64,000 bases of DNA, taken from positions 11,166 to 75,165 of the forward strand of contig CAVVZZ010000006.1 of NCBI GenBank assembly GCA_963752915.1, given 5' to 3'. The stretch comes from Ignavibacteriota bacterium. GTDB taxonomy: Bacteria; Bacteroidota; Ignavibacteria; UBA10030; UBA6906. Position numbers and translations under genes: made by a program. Every line of letters begins with the position of its first letter. Within the stretch, counting starts at the first letter, position 1. Under the pieces are notes generated by a model that saw only the letters and a list, made by a program, of their open reading frames with translations, was not told the DNA's origin and did no database searches. Of this stretch, positions 49,712-59,067 are shown piece after piece.

Positions 49712-50854
49712 TCAATGATTGAAAACCGCCGTCAGCTGGATTCCAGTTCCCGCAAAGGCATTCGTCCCGCTGGCAGGGCGGAAGATCTGGAACGACGACG
49801 GGTTCCAGTAACCGAGGACGTAGAAACTCCAATTGTCATACTTGCGCTGCCAGCTCACGATCCGGTACCAGTCCCGATGTGTCCAGTCGCGGTAGACGAT
49901 CGCGGAGAGTTGGTCGAGGATCCCCAGAGGATAGTTCATTGAGAGTCCCGAGAATTCCAGTCCCGAGGCAGAAGCAAACGGCTCCGGCGGGTTGTCGTTC
50001 CGGAAAAACTCCGTCGCGACGTACAGTCCGTTGCCGAGTGCGAAGGTATAGTCGGCCCCGATCGTCCATTGCCGCTGGTATTTCAGCCCGGGGAAGTCCG
50101 TGTTCTCGCGGATCAGTGCGGCTTCGAACCACGCACCGATCCCGATGTCCCATTTCCCGTCGAGTGCCAGTCGGTCCTCGGGCACGGTTCCCGCTCCAGA
50201 ACCAAATCCTGAAATACTCAATGCGCTGAGATCTGCCCGCCGGTGATGGTACGTGACACCGATCTCGCCGGTCCACAACGGAGTCTGGGCTCTTCCTCCA
50301 TACTCAACGGTACGCTTTTCCGTGGCGAACGTCTCCCATCCTTTTGTCTGGTTGTTGCCGTAGAGTCCCCAGAGCCAGACGTTGACGTTATCCAGCAGAT
50401 AGTAACGTGCAAGCACACCGTAGACCCCGTTGGTGAGTTGAAGAGGATCACGCGGATCGATCTGATCGAACCACATCAGCGGTCGAAAGAGGAGCGCGGA
50501 GCCGAACGTGATTTTCTGCAATCCCATCCGGACCTCGAAGGTTTCCGTTGCGAACCGTACCCAGGCACGATAGAGTTTCACCGTCCCATCATACGCCGCG
50601 CTCTCCCCTTCCTGGTACGCCGAGCTCCCCCATGCGTTGAGTGAGAGGTCCGCACTCACACTCCATCCGCTGTCGATCGAGCGCTCGACGAGGAGATCCG
50701 GAATATATCGGAGACCGAACTGCGAGAGCGATGGATGCCCGGGATTGCCCGTCACCCACGCAGACGCCTGCCCGTGAGGCTCGAGAGGCTGTGCCTTGCC
50801 AGCGGCGATCGTGGCAAGCAGAGACAGACAGATGACGACATATTTCGGATTCAT
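49712..50854 (-). CDS. Putative outer-membrane beta-barrel protein
   Basis: Signal peptide, GLQKITFG, DQIDPRDP, amphipathic strands, C-terminal VFNH. Confidence 0.7.
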   Translation of the reverse strand: MNPKYVVICLSLLATIAAGKAQPLEPHGQASAWVTGNPGHPSLSQFGLRYIPDLLVERSIDSGWSVSADLSLNAWGSSAYQEGESAAYDGTVKLYRAWVRFATETFEVRMGLQKITFGSALLFRPLMWFDQIDPRDPLQLTNGVYGVLARYYLLDNVNVWLWGLYGNNQTKGWETFATEKRTVEYGGRAQTPLWTGEIGVTYHHRRADLSALSISGFGSGAGTVPEDRLALDGKWDIGIGAWFEAALIRENTDFPGLKYQRQWTIGADYTFALGNGLYVATEFFRNDNPPEPFASASGLEFSGLSMNYPLGILDQLSAIVYRDWTHRDWYRIVSWQRKYDNWSFYVLGYWNPSSFQIFRPASGTNAFAGTGIQLTAVFNH

Positions 50855-50864
50855 GGAGCCACCG

Positions 50865-51470
50865 TCAGCCGCGTACTTTTTCCCAGCGGGAGGTCAGCAC
50901 ATGGACAAGGTGATTTGCCACGGCGTCAAGGGGCGGGAACATTTCCGGCGCCACGGTATAATTTGCCACGATGCCGTCGAACACGAACATGAGCAGTATG
51001 GAATCGTATTCTGGGTTATCGGATCCCAGGTCTCGCATGATGGTTTTCATCTGGGCCATGAGCGTTCCGAAATATTGTCTCCACTTCTTTGATCTGATCA
51101 AACGACGGTACGCATCATCGAGATTCAGCTGGAGCGAGAGTCGGATGAGCAACGGTTCCGTTTTGATCATGTGGAGCCAGGCAGTCACAAGCGAAACCAG
51201 TTTTTCCCTGGCGGGTCGGCGGTCGTTTTCCATCAAAAAACCCGGGAGAATCCGGTCGATCTGCCCTTCGAAGATTGCGAGGAGGATGTCCTGTTTCTTG
51301 TTGAAGTGCGTGAAGATGAGACCCTTGGAGATCCCCGCCTTTCGGGCGATTTCCTCTGTTGTTGTTGCGGAGAACCCGTGTTTGGCGAACAGCTCAAGGG
51401 ATGCGGCGATGATCGACTTCCGGGTTTTGGCCCGCATCAGTTCGGAGGTCTTCTTCGATCGCGGCGACAT
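50865..51470 (-). CDS. TetR/AcrR family regulator
   Basis: LFAKHGF..TT.EEIARKAGISKGLIF.HF HTH; AGGAGG RBS. Confidence 0.95.
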   Translation of the reverse strand: MSPRSKKTSELMRAKTRKSIIAASLELFAKHGFSATTTEEIARKAGISKGLIFTHFNKKQDILLAIFEGQIDRILPGFLMENDRRPAREKLVSLVTAWLHMIKTEPLLIRLSLQLNLDDAYRRLIRSKKWRQYFGTLMAQMKTIMRDLGSDNPEYDSILLMFVFDGIVANYTVAPEMFPPLDAVANHLVHVLTSRWEKVRG

Positions 51471-51485
51471 GGTAAACCTCCTGTG

Positions 51486-51509
51486 CATTGACTAACTGGT
51501 TAGTCAATG
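51486..51509. promoter_or_regulatory. Probable TetR operator
   Basis: Perfect inverted repeat CATTGACTAAC-TG-GTTAGTCAATG overlapping the -10 box. Confidence 0.85.
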
Positions 51510-51535
51510 ATAATACCTCGGGAGCCGAGAGTCAA
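51507..51535 (-). promoter_or_regulatory. Sigma70-type promoter of the TetR operon
   Basis: TTGACT-N17-TATCAT on minus strand. Confidence 0.7.
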
Positions 51536-51705
51536 GTCCCTGCCGATAATCCGACACTGACCCCCGATTGCACCGCGCTTCCATCGAGAGTTCCCCATGC
51601 TGCTCGTAAAGTCTTCTCCGCGTGGATCCATGCAATCTCGTTGTCGAGCTACGCCGAGGCTCCCGATATGCAGCAAATCCTCCAATTTCTCCCCTTTTCG
51701 TATGA

Positions 51706-51737
51706 TTGACATTCACGTTTTCCCCCCGTATTATAAT
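51706..51737 (+). promoter_or_regulatory. Sigma70-type promoter of the PspA-like/OmpA/ABC operon
   Basis: TTGACA-N17-TATTAT, overlapping a TATAAT. Confidence 0.7.
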
Positions 51738-51877
51738 GATCAACTCATCTCATGCCGTTCCCGTCATTCCTGAAGCTCATGTGACCATGTGAGTTCTTCA
51801 ACGCCACTGAGTTCACTTTCTTAAGCCCCATGCTGGTGTCTTCTTTCACGACGGGGATTCTGCCAAGGAGAGCGTCT

Positions 51878-52576
51878 ATGAAGTTCAAGGACCTATGGAT
51901 TAAACCGCAACCCGATGACAAGTCGTCGGACGATGGCCCGTCATCGCCGGGTCCGTCCGCCTCCACAGCCCCTGCACCCTCCTACTCGACGGCTGCCGCG
52001 CCCACAGGAGATGCAGATTCCGCGATGTTCGTCCAACAGCTCGAGGCAGCTCTCGAAAAGGCGAACCTGCCAAGCCAGCAAGACTATCTGGACTTTGCGA
52101 AGTCGTTGAAGAACATGGAGTCGCTCCCCATGGACGAAGCGACGCGGTTCAAGGCGGCATACGCGACGCTCCAGAGCGTCGGCTGCGATTTGCGCCAGCT
52201 CATCGATTCGTTCGATTACTATCAAGGGATTCTGGACGGGGAGAAGGACAAGTTCGACGAAGCGCTGCGATCGACGGTGAACGATACCGTCATGCAAAAG
52301 GAACGTCAGGTCAAGCAGATCACCGACGAGAACGACGATCACTCGGCCGAAATTCAGAAGCTCACCGCGGCCATCAACCTGAACCAGCAAAAGATCGCCA
52401 AGCTCCAGGGGGAACTCCAGGAGGTGAACGCCAGATTGAACCAACGCAAGGCGGGCTTTGCGGCAGCGTACAACTCCCTGCGACAACGTCTTCAGACAGA
52501 TGAAGGAAAGATCAAGACATACCTGAGTCAGGAACTTGCAGCGCAACCGGCGAAAACGGAAAAGAAAAAATCATAA
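51878..52576 (+). CDS. Hypothetical coiled-coil protein
   Basis: AAGGAG RBS; short N-terminal helix, P/S/A-rich linker, helical domain, long heptad C-terminus. Confidence 0.85.
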   Translation: MKFKDLWIKPQPDDKSSDDGPSSPGPSASTAPAPSYSTAAAPTGDADSAMFVQQLEAALEKANLPSQQDYLDFAKSLKNMESLPMDEATRFKAAYATLQSVGCDLRQLIDSFDYYQGILDGEKDKFDEALRSTVNDTVMQKERQVKQITDENDDHSAEIQKLTAAINLNQQKIAKLQGELQEVNARLNQRKAGFAAAYNSLRQRLQTDEGKIKTYLSQELAAQPAKTEKKKS

Positions 52577-52588
52577 AGGAATTATGCC

Positions 52589-53623
52589 ATGGCCGATGGG
52601 CTCTTACCTGCGACAGTTTCGACACAGAACGTCAAATCGTTCTGGAGCCGGAAAGAAGGCAAAGTCGGAATGCTCTTTGCAATCGGTATCGGCGGAGGCC
52701 TTCTCTACGTGTTGTACAAACTCCTCCCCTACCTCATTGAAATGACGAAGAACCTCATCCAGCTGACGCTGCTCGGCGTCGTGCTGTTTGTGATTGTCTT
52801 CATGATCCTCGATCCCCAGGTGCGGAACCTCGCCTGGTATCTGTACAAGTCGATTATGCGTGGGATCACGGGGCTCTTCATCCAGCTGGACCCGGTGGCC
52901 ATCATCGAGACCTATGTCGCGCATTTGAAAAAGCAGCTGGAGAGCCTCGAAGAGAAGATCCAGACGCTCGCGGGCGCCAGGCGCAAACTGAGTGATGCCA
53001 TCGACAAAGCGAAGGAGGAGATGGAAGAACAGCTCAACCTCGCCAAGACCGGCAAGAAACAGGGGCTGGACAACTCGCAGATCATGGTGTATACAAACCA
53101 GGCGGGCCGGCTCGATGCCCGGATTCAGAAATTCCAAAATCTTCTGGCGAAACTCGAGACACTCTACCGTATCCTCGACAAGATGAAGAAGGGCGCCGCC
53201 GTCGTGATTATGGACTACCAGAACCAGGTCGAAAACATCAAACAGGAACGCGAGGTGATCCGGACGGGATTCAACGCGTTCAAATCGGCGATGAGCATCC
53301 TGTCGGGCGATCCCGACAAGAAGGTCCTCTTCGACCAGGCAATGGAAGCGATCCAGAACGACATCAGTATGAAGGCCGGAGCGATGGAGAGGTTCGTCGA
53401 GGAATCGTCGGAGATCATGCAGGCGATCGATCTCCAGAACGGCGCCTTCGAGGAAAAGGGGATGAAGCTCCTCGAAAAATGGGAAAAAGAGGGAGTCCCG
53501 ATGCTGTTGACCGATGGCCAGACCTCGAATGTCCCCGGAGCAGCCCCCGGCGCGCAGAAAGTGCAGGTGCCCAATGCAGGGAGCTCAGACGATAACCAGT
53601 ACAAGTCGATGCTGAATCAATAA
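52589..53623 (+). CDS. Membrane-anchored PspA/IM30-like coiled-coil protein
   Basis: Two TM helices, then DPVAIIETYVAHLKKQL and a long helical hairpin pattern reminiscent of PspA. Confidence 0.65.
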   Translation: MADGLLPATVSTQNVKSFWSRKEGKVGMLFAIGIGGGLLYVLYKLLPYLIEMTKNLIQLTLLGVVLFVIVFMILDPQVRNLAWYLYKSIMRGITGLFIQLDPVAIIETYVAHLKKQLESLEEKIQTLAGARRKLSDAIDKAKEEMEEQLNLAKTGKKQGLDNSQIMVYTNQAGRLDARIQKFQNLLAKLETLYRILDKMKKGAAVVIMDYQNQVENIKQEREVIRTGFNAFKSAMSILSGDPDKKVLFDQAMEAIQNDISMKAGAMERFVEESSEIMQAIDLQNGAFEEKGMKLLEKWEKEGVPMLLTDGQTSNVPGAAPGAQKVQVPNAGSSDDNQYKSMLNQ

Positions 53624-53639
53624 CGGAAGGGTTCTTACA

Positions 53640-55202
53640 ATGTCACAACTCACACCATTTTCGAAATTCGTCTTAGGCATCCTGATCGTCGGCCTCGCGA
53701 TCGGCGCGCTGTACTTCCTGCGCAAGAACCCCGACATCGCGGGAAAGATCGTTCCCTCGGAGACAACGACCGGATCCGCGGCCCGGGAATCCTCCGGCGA
53801 CCATTCCGGGAAACTCGTTGTGGGAATCAATACCTGGGGAGGCTTTGCCGGAGGGGTCTACTTCAATAACGGCTTTGCCGCCTCGACAGAGAGCCGCTAC
53901 TACACGGAGCTCGGTCAATTGGTCGAATTCAAACTGATCGATGATTTCAATGCGAGCCGCGAGGCATGGAAGAGCGGCGACATCGATGTGCTCGGGTTCT
54001 GCACCATCGATGCCTTCACGACGGAGGTCAACGGTCTCAAGGAGTTTCAGCCGAAAGTGATCGGCCAAATCGACTGGAGCCGGGGAGGCGACGCCATCGT
54101 CGTCCGTCGCGGAATCAATCAGGCAAGCGACCTGAAAGGCAAGAAGATCGCGGTTGCGCCGATGACACCCTCGCACACGCTCCTGCTGTGGCTCATGGAC
54201 GCAGGCGAAGTCCGTTGGGACGATGTCGAGATCGTTGAAGTGGCGAACGGCATCGATGCAGCAGACCTCTTCAAGAAGGAACAGGTGGATGCGGCGGTCG
54301 TATGGTCCCCGGACGATATTGACTGCGTGGCCAAGGTCCCGGGAAGCAAGGTGCTCGTGAACACGAAGACCGCCACGCATATCATCGCGGATGTCTGGCT
54401 GGTGAAGCAAGTCACCATCGACAAAAAGCGGGACGCGCTGAAGGCGTTCCTCACCGGCGTCCTGAAGGGCGATGGCGAGATCAACACGAGCGCTTCCTCG
54501 AAGGCGGCGGCCGCGAGGCTTCTTGCCGCCGGATTCAATCAGCCGGTCGACTTTTGCGCCACGGCGATCGACAACGCGCGTCTGGCGACGTATGGCGATA
54601 ATGTCAACTTCTTCGACCTCGAAGGGAAGTATACGGGGGTCGGTGGAGAAAAGCTGTACGGGAGGATGGCCGTCGAGTTTGCCAAAATCAAGGACAAGTC
54701 GGGCAAGCCATACGTGGAAGGCAATGTCCCGGCCTGGAGAACCATCACCGATCCGTCCCTCATCCGGGAAATCCATCTGACCGGTGACGATCAGATGGCG
54801 GAGGGCGAAGCCAAGTTTTCAAAACCGACGCCTGCCATGGCGACGGCTGCACCGATCAGCACAAAGAAGCTGACGATCGTCTTCGCTTCCGGCTCCGCGA
54901 CACTCGATGACAACGCGAAGTATATCATCGACCACAACTTCGTGGACCTCGCTGCAGGCTTTGCGAAAGCCAGGATCCGCATCGAAGGCAACACCGACAA
55001 CGTCGGATCGGCGGAGATGAACAAGGCGCTTTCACTCCGACGGGCGAAGGTCGTCGCCAACTACCTCGCGGCGGAGCATCACTTCGACCCGAACCGCTTT
55101 GTCGTCGTCGGGAATGGTCCGGACAAACCAGTGGCCGACAACGGTTCCACCGACGGTCGTCAGCGGAACCGTCGAACGGACTTCGAATTGCTCCCCGAGT
55201 AG
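53640..55202 (+). CDS. ABC substrate-binding (NMT1/SsuA-like) domain fused to OmpA-like peptidoglycan-binding domain
   Basis: N-terminal TM, TWGG, DWSRGGDAIV, DLKGKKIAV; IEGNTDNVG, LSLRRA, RNRRTDF. Confidence 0.9.
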   Translation: MSQLTPFSKFVLGILIVGLAIGALYFLRKNPDIAGKIVPSETTTGSAARESSGDHSGKLVVGINTWGGFAGGVYFNNGFAASTESRYYTELGQLVEFKLIDDFNASREAWKSGDIDVLGFCTIDAFTTEVNGLKEFQPKVIGQIDWSRGGDAIVVRRGINQASDLKGKKIAVAPMTPSHTLLLWLMDAGEVRWDDVEIVEVANGIDAADLFKKEQVDAAVVWSPDDIDCVAKVPGSKVLVNTKTATHIIADVWLVKQVTIDKKRDALKAFLTGVLKGDGEINTSASSKAAAARLLAAGFNQPVDFCATAIDNARLATYGDNVNFFDLEGKYTGVGGEKLYGRMAVEFAKIKDKSGKPYVEGNVPAWRTITDPSLIREIHLTGDDQMAEGEAKFSKPTPAMATAAPISTKKLTIVFASGSATLDDNAKYIIDHNFVDLAAGFAKARIRIEGNTDNVGSAEMNKALSLRRAKVVANYLAAEHHFDPNRFVVVGNGPDKPVADNGSTDGRQRNRRTDFELLPE

Positions 55203-55239
55203 ATGTCGCGCAAACAGAAATTCCTTCCCAACTGATTCA

Positions 55240-55273
55240 CTGCCCCGTTGGGCTCACCACCCAACGGGGCAAT
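55240..55273 (+). other. Intercistronic stem-loop after SBP-OmpA gene
   Basis: TGCCCCGTTGGG-loop-CCCAACGGGGCA with no U-tract. Confidence 0.65.
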
Positions 55274-55298
55274 CTGATTCAACCCATTCGGAGCATGT

Positions 55299-56090
55299 AT
55301 GAGTATATTCGAGTTGCGGGGCCCGATGCCCAAACAGCAGCAGCTCTTGCTGGAAATCTGCGGGCTCATCGGGTTCCTGGCCCTCTGGCAGGTGGTGGCA
55401 ATGAAGATCGATTCGCCTGCCATCCTCCCGTCCCCGCTGATTGTCCTCTCGTCGTTCCCGCAGCTGCACTTCGAGGACTTCCTCATCAAGAACGCCTTCT
55501 TTTCCATTAAGATTAATCTGCTTGGGTACTTTCAGGCAATCCTGATTTCCATTCCCCTTGGAATGCTGATCGGGTTGTTCACCCCCGTCGGCGCAGTGCT
55601 CAATCGGTACGTTGACGCGATCCGGTACATCCCGCTTACCGCGGTGACGGGGCTGTTCATTGCCTGGTTCGGTATCTATCTAAACATGAAGGTGCAGTTC
55701 CTTGCGTTCGGGATCTTTGTGTATCTCCTTCCTGTCGTCGTCCAGCGCGTGAAGGAGGTGGACGAGGTGTGGGTTCAGACGGCGGAAACGCTCGGAGCAT
55801 CACGCTGGCAGGTGATTGTCCGTGTGTTTATCCCCGGGGTCCTGTCGAAATTGTCCGACGACATCCGGGTGTTGACGGCGATCTCGTGGACGTATATCAT
55901 CGTCGCGGAGATGGTCAACAACGAAGGGGGTCTGGGGGCATTAATCTTCCGTTCGGCACGCCAGAGCAGGCTCGACAAAGTGTTCGCGGTCCTCTTCGTC
56001 ATCATCCTTATCGGGATTGCACAGGACAAGATCTTCCTGTGGCTTGACCGGCGCCTCTTCGGCTTCAAATACGCGAAGGAGGCCGACTAA
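55299..56090 (+). CDS. ABC permease (SsuC/TauC type)
   Basis: ILPSP, EAA-like QTAETLGAS, SWTYIIVAE. Confidence 0.93.
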   Translation: MSIFELRGPMPKQQQLLLEICGLIGFLALWQVVAMKIDSPAILPSPLIVLSSFPQLHFEDFLIKNAFFSIKINLLGYFQAILISIPLGMLIGLFTPVGAVLNRYVDAIRYIPLTAVTGLFIAWFGIYLNMKVQFLAFGIFVYLLPVVVQRVKEVDEVWVQTAETLGASRWQVIVRVFIPGVLSKLSDDIRVLTAISWTYIIVAEMVNNEGGLGALIFRSARQSRLDKVFAVLFVIILIGIAQDKIFLWLDRRLFGFKYAKEAD

Positions 56091-56929
56091 TGGACGCCGT
56101 CAAGATGGTCAACACCGCGTACCCGGATGTCATTGAACTCCGCAACATCGCACAGTGGTACGTGGACGACGGGAAAAAGAAAACCGTCATCAGCGATATG
56201 AATTTATTGATCGAAGATGTCCCGAACAAAGGGCAATTCGTCTGCCTGCTGGGTCCGTCAGGGTGCGGGAAATCCACGGTCCTGCGATACATTGCGGGGC
56301 TGCAGCACCCCTCCGAGGGCGAGATCCTCCTCTACGGGAAGCCGAGAAAAGAGGACGATCATGTCGGAATGGTTTTCCAGCAATACAGTTCCTTCCCATG
56401 GCTGACGGTCGTTGAAAACGTGAGTCTCGCCCTTGCGATCAAAGGTGTCGCGAAGAAGGACCGCACGGAGCGTGCGATGGAGTTCATCAAGATTTGCGAT
56501 CTCGAAGAGCAAGCGAACAAGTTTGCACAATATCCGCTCCTTTCCGGCGGACAGCTTCAACGCGTGGCGATTGCGCGCAGTCTCGTTTCCAATCCGAATC
56601 TGCTCCTGATGGATGAGCCGTTTGGCGCTCTCGACGTGAACACACGCCTGAAGATGCAGGACATGCTGCTCGGGATTTGGGAGCGGTTGTGGAAGGTCAA
56701 CACTGCGACGACGATTGTCTTCGTCACGCACGACATCCCGGAAGCGGTCTATCTGGGGACGGACATCTACATTATGCAAGCCAACCCGGGAAAGATCGTC
56801 CATAAGATTCCGATCGACCTTCCGTTCGACAAAACGCGCAAAGTCAAGCGTGACGCAAAGTTCGTGCAGTATGTCTATTCGATCGAAGATATGATGATGG
56901 GCCTGACGGTCGGCGTCAAGGCGACGTAG
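56090..56929 (+). CDS. ABC ATP-binding protein (SsuB/TauB type)
   Basis: GPSGCGKST, LSGGQ, MDEPFGALD, VTHDI. Confidence 0.95.
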   Translation: MDAVKMVNTAYPDVIELRNIAQWYVDDGKKKTVISDMNLLIEDVPNKGQFVCLLGPSGCGKSTVLRYIAGLQHPSEGEILLYGKPRKEDDHVGMVFQQYSSFPWLTVVENVSLALAIKGVAKKDRTERAMEFIKICDLEEQANKFAQYPLLSGGQLQRVAIARSLVSNPNLLLMDEPFGALDVNTRLKMQDMLLGIWERLWKVNTATTIVFVTHDIPEAVYLGTDIYIMQANPGKIVHKIPIDLPFDKTRKVKRDAKFVQYVYSIEDMMMGLTVGVKAT

Positions 56930-56970
56930 GTTCCTTGCGTGGGGAGCTGGGGATGTTCCTGGAAAGAACA

Positions 56971-56999
56971 TGTAGGTCGACCAGTCTGGTCGACCTACA
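56971..56999. repeat. GTAG-type REP-like palindrome
   Basis: TGTAGGTCGACCAG-T-CTGGTCGACCTACA. Confidence 0.75.
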
Positions 57000-57041
57000 A
57001 TTGTTTTGCGAGTGCGCGTTCCCAATATTCGCGATCACTTA

Positions 57042-57111
57042 GTTCGTCCAGTACGTCTATTCGATCGAGGATATGATGATGGGACTGACGGGCGGCGTGA
57101 CTGCGAAATAG
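57042..57111 (+). repeat. Diverged duplicate of the ATPase gene 3' end
   Basis: Matches 56860-56929 at about 60 of 70 positions; encodes FVQYVYSIEDMMMGLTGGVTAK*. Confidence 0.9.
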
Positions 57112-57119
57112 GCTCGAGG

Positions 57120-57208
57120 GAGGAAGAGGGAAGTATGCAGTAGGCTGTAAGGAGAAGGCGCAAGTAGTAGGACGTAGGAAGAAGGAAGTACGAAGAAAAA
57201 CGCGTAGG
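57120..57208. repeat. Degenerate 7-bp array (AGTAGGA-type)
   Basis: AGTATGC AGTAGGC TGTAAGG AGAAGGC ... AGTAGGA CGTAGGA AGAAGGA AGTACGA. Confidence 0.7.
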
Positions 57209-57221
57209 CATTGATATCGAC

Positions 57222-57279
57222 GAGCCTCGTGAGTGGCTGAGGGAGGTTGCAATCTGCCGCAGTCACACTCACGAGGCTC
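57222..57279. terminator. Long inverted repeat between convergent genes
   Basis: GAGCCTCGTGAGTG...CACTCACGAGGCTC. Confidence 0.55.
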
Positions 57280-57298
57280 TAGTTGCCTGCAATACTTT

Positions 57299-58156
57299 TC
57301 ACCTGACCAACATAAACTTTCGCGTGTCTACGAAGTTGCCCGCGCGGACCCGGTAGAGATACACGCCGGATGCGAGTCCCGCTCCGTCAAACACCGCCTT
57401 GTACCTCCCCGCCGGCTGCACCTCATCGACGAGTGTCGACACTTCATGCCCAAGTAAGTCTATGACAGAAAGGATGACGTGCGATTGCGTAGGAATATCG
57501 TACACGATATTCGTCGTCGGATTGAACGGGTTCGGGTAATTCTGTTCGAGGCCGAATGATTTCGGAACGCCGTTCGGCCGATTGGCGACGTCACTCGTTG
57601 ACGAGAGCGAAAAATCATCGACAACAAAGTATGATCCAATGTGGGGGAGGCCGCCCAGGCCGGTGACCCACACATCGATGATGCCGTTGTCGGGCACATC
57701 ACTCCCGGGATACAGGACCTGAGCGACAAATTCCTTGTAGGTTGTTTGCGACGAGGTCTCGATAAACGACGCAGCTCCCACTCCTGACGTTCCCTGTTGC
57801 GCCAGATAGCTTACATAGAAGATGTCCGAGCCGACCGAATTGAACTTGTAGAAACCGCGGAGCTCTCCGTAGCGTTGTGAGACCGGAAAGCCGATACCAC
57901 TATTGTCCGTGGTAATCACGTGAGCGGTCATGTTGAATCCGCTCATGCTGACAACATTTCCCTGGGCAGCATAGCCGCCACCGTGAGCAGTTGACGACTG
58001 CGTTACGAAAGTATAGAGCCCGTTGCCCGTGTCCCAGCCCGCCGGATCGCCATTCGACCAGCTCTCAAAACCGGCATTCGGGATTTGCGCAAAACAGTTT
58101 CCGAGGATCACAAAAAGCCCCACCGCAAGGAAGAACGTCCGGGTGACAACTCGCAT
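57299..58156 (-). CDS. T9SS cargo protein with carbohydrate-binding-like N-domain
   Basis: Signal peptide, QIPNAGFESW, VDDF, NYPNPFNP CTD. Confidence 0.85.
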   Translation of the reverse strand: MRVVTRTFFLAVGLFVILGNCFAQIPNAGFESWSNGDPAGWDTGNGLYTFVTQSSTAHGGGYAAQGNVVSMSGFNMTAHVITTDNSGIGFPVSQRYGELRGFYKFNSVGSDIFYVSYLAQQGTSGVGAASFIETSSQTTYKEFVAQVLYPGSDVPDNGIIDVWVTGLGGLPHIGSYFVVDDFSLSSTSDVANRPNGVPKSFGLEQNYPNPFNPTTNIVYDIPTQSHVILSVIDLLGHEVSTLVDEVQPAGRYKAVFDGAGLASGVYLYRVRAGNFVDTRKFMLVR

Positions 58157-58573
58157 AGTTACTCCTTTTCGTCTGATGACGTGTGGGAAAACAGGAAGCA
58201 TTTAGTCGTTGTGAATAGTGTTCAAACTAGATCGACGCACATACAGTTGAGGTGACGGGAGTCACACCCCACCGTGGTTGAATTCGAAGGACGACTGAAT
58301 TATCAGATATTAGGCCCCCACCTGGATATTTCTTTTTGATCGATTGACGCACCCGCCAGAAATTCTGATGGAAAGTCCGCCCGGGGGGGACCGGACCACG
58401 CTCCTTGAGTTTGTCAAGCACGCCGTCTACATTGCCTCTGCGTTTGAGATGAAGCCCGGCTTTTGGTGTGGCCTTTTCTCCGGCAAACGGGGAAAAGGCC
58501 TTTCCATTGTATCCCAGCGTAGAGCAAGCGAACCCTCGAGGATATCACCCATGACGCCATTCACACCGTTGGG

Positions 58574-59042
58574 ATGACGGCATTTCAGCATTCTCATCGG
58601 CACACTTCTTTTCCTGTTCCCGGCGCCTGAAATCATCGCACAAGTCACCATAACCCGTGCGCATTTCTACTCGGTTGTCACCCCGGGACAGGTCAACACG
58701 GTCTTGGTGCCGAACTCGACGGTTTCGACTGTCGACCTGGGGAAGAAAGGCGGTCCCAACCTGTACGACTTTAATTCGATCCGAGGCGTCAGGGGTCACC
58801 TGCCCGCCGGCCAGCCCGCCAGCGGTCTGGCGGGTCAGGCGGGGGCTTCAGGCGTCAGTGATATTCTTCTGGTGGTTTGCGACGTTCTCGGGCGGGAGGT
58901 GGCAACGCTGGTCAATCAACTTCAGACTGCCGGCCAGTATACGGTCACGTTCGATGGGAAAAGACTCTCGAGCGGCTTGTACTTTTATCGGTTGACGTCA
59001 GGCGGCCTGACGGCGACCAGAACGATGCTGCTCCTCAGATGA
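58574..59042 (+). pseudogene. Internally deleted T9SS cargo gene
   Basis: Out-of-frame ATG, signal-peptide-like RHFSILIGTLLFLF...AQVTIT, ~45 further residues, then a jump into the CTD second half (DVLGREVATLVN...LSSGLYFYRL); no NYPNPFNP. Confidence 0.75.
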
Positions 59043-59067
59043 GGACAGCGCATACACCTGCCGTTTG

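Noticed and set aside
56860-57111. Possible DGR template/variable repeat pair
   Set aside because: Mismatches are not adenine-specific, several are synonymous, and no reverse transcriptase is in the window
58551-58600. In-frame TGA at 58575 as selenocysteine or readthrough
   Set aside because: It lies ahead of a signal-peptide-like segment with no redox motif or evident SECIS; a broken start is the simpler explanation
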